A stretch of 64,000 nt of DNA, taken from an uncultured Actinomycetes bacterium. Its GTDB lineage: Bacteria > Actinomycetota > Humimicrobiia > Humimicrobiales > Humimicrobiaceae. This document shows, one piece after another, positions 63,526 through 64,000 of this stretch. The DNA is taken from contig CAWKAO010000001.1 in NCBI GenBank assembly GCA_963847665.1, forward strand, positions 12,614 through 76,613. Reading direction: 5' to 3'. The position numbers were made by a program, and so were the translations under genes. A model generated the notes under the pieces. The model was not told the DNA's origin and searched no databases. It was given only the letters and a program-made list of their open reading frames with translations. How positions within the stretch are numbered: the stretch's first letter is position 1; every line of letters begins with the position of its first letter.

Positions 63526-64000
63526 TTACTGCTCTATGGGTTTTAATTGGAAGGGTATACCCAATCTCCGACCATTTTGCATAAGTTCATCTATGACAGG
63601 TTTTATTACCGGTACGCCATGTTTTTTATTATATTCTGCAGTATCAAACTCCTTTTCTCCTGCAATATAGATCCTGTCTTTCCCCTCGGCTTTTGGGGAA
63701 TCTTTCAGCATTTTTATAATATCATCAAGCTGTTTTTTAAAATCTATTACCGGCCGGAAAGCATCTATATTTATTGCCATAAAAAAGTGGCTCACGTCAC
63801 ATTTTTTCGGCTCATGGGGAAATCCCACGTCTGTAAGATGGGAAGCACCTGAAAGAGCTGCGCATAGTATTTCCACCATTATAGCAAGTCCATAACCTTT
63901 ATATCCCCTCATGATATCGATGCCTCCAAGAGGCAGAAGAGCACCAGGGCCGCCACTCTGGATCTTTACAGGATCGTCTGTAAGATTACCCGTATCATCA
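63526..64000 (-). CDS. Malate/L-lactate dehydrogenase family (Ldh_2) protein, 5' part beyond the window
   Basis: GGIDIMRGYKGYGLAIMVEIL. The frame stays open to the window edge. Confidence 0.6.
   Translation of the reverse strand, partial: DDTGNLTDDPVKIQSGGPGALLPLGGIDIMRGYKGYGLAIMVEILCAALSGASHLTDVGFPHEPKKCDVSHFFMAINIDAFRPVIDFKKQLDDIIKMLKDSPKAEGKDRIYIAGEKEFDTAEYNKKHGVPVIKPVIDELMQNGRRLGIPFQLKPIEQ

Overview
This is a low-GC bacterial chromosomal segment. The coding strand varies, genes are densely packed and strong Shine-Dalgarno sites (e.g. AAGGGAGGT, AAGGAGGA) are visible. The backbone is housekeeping: an 11-gene complex I operon nuoABCDHIJKLMN with no nuoEFG in this window (12.9-22.8 kb); recF-DUF721-gyrB-gyrA (30.4-38.9 kb); a tRNA-Ile(GAT)/tRNA-Ala(TGC)/tRNA-Ala(GGC) trio (40.09-40.33 kb); and a SorC-regulated catabolic cluster of a permease, TPP-dependent E1 alpha/beta, transketolase, E2, lipB and E3 (40.8-51.8 kb). 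Also present are panB, a eukaryote-type hexokinase, a formate/nitrite transporter, two M23 peptidases, an S1 protease, a NarI-like/HdrD-like (CCG-domain) membrane redox pair, and a PEP-utilising-like/UroD-like/Fe-S gene cluster (23.0-29.1 kb). The left edge carries a heavily decayed ars operon (ACR3-arsR-arsC) with many frameshifts and a stop codon. The most interesting locus is a two-gene island at 2.7-5.0 kb on the minus strand. Its first gene is an HNH endonuclease fused to a DGQHR (DndB-like) domain, followed by an uncharacterised partner gene. It sits among core genes (RRM protein gene, glycoside hydrolase gene) with no dndACDE nearby, and I propose it as a candidate novel nuclease or defence module. 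Several conserved genes (nuoL, nuoM, nuoN, a cof hydrolase, and possibly the island partner gene) carry single frameshifts at homopolymer runs. These look like sequencing artefacts rather than biology. I saw no CRISPR array, integrase, transposase or rRNA gene.
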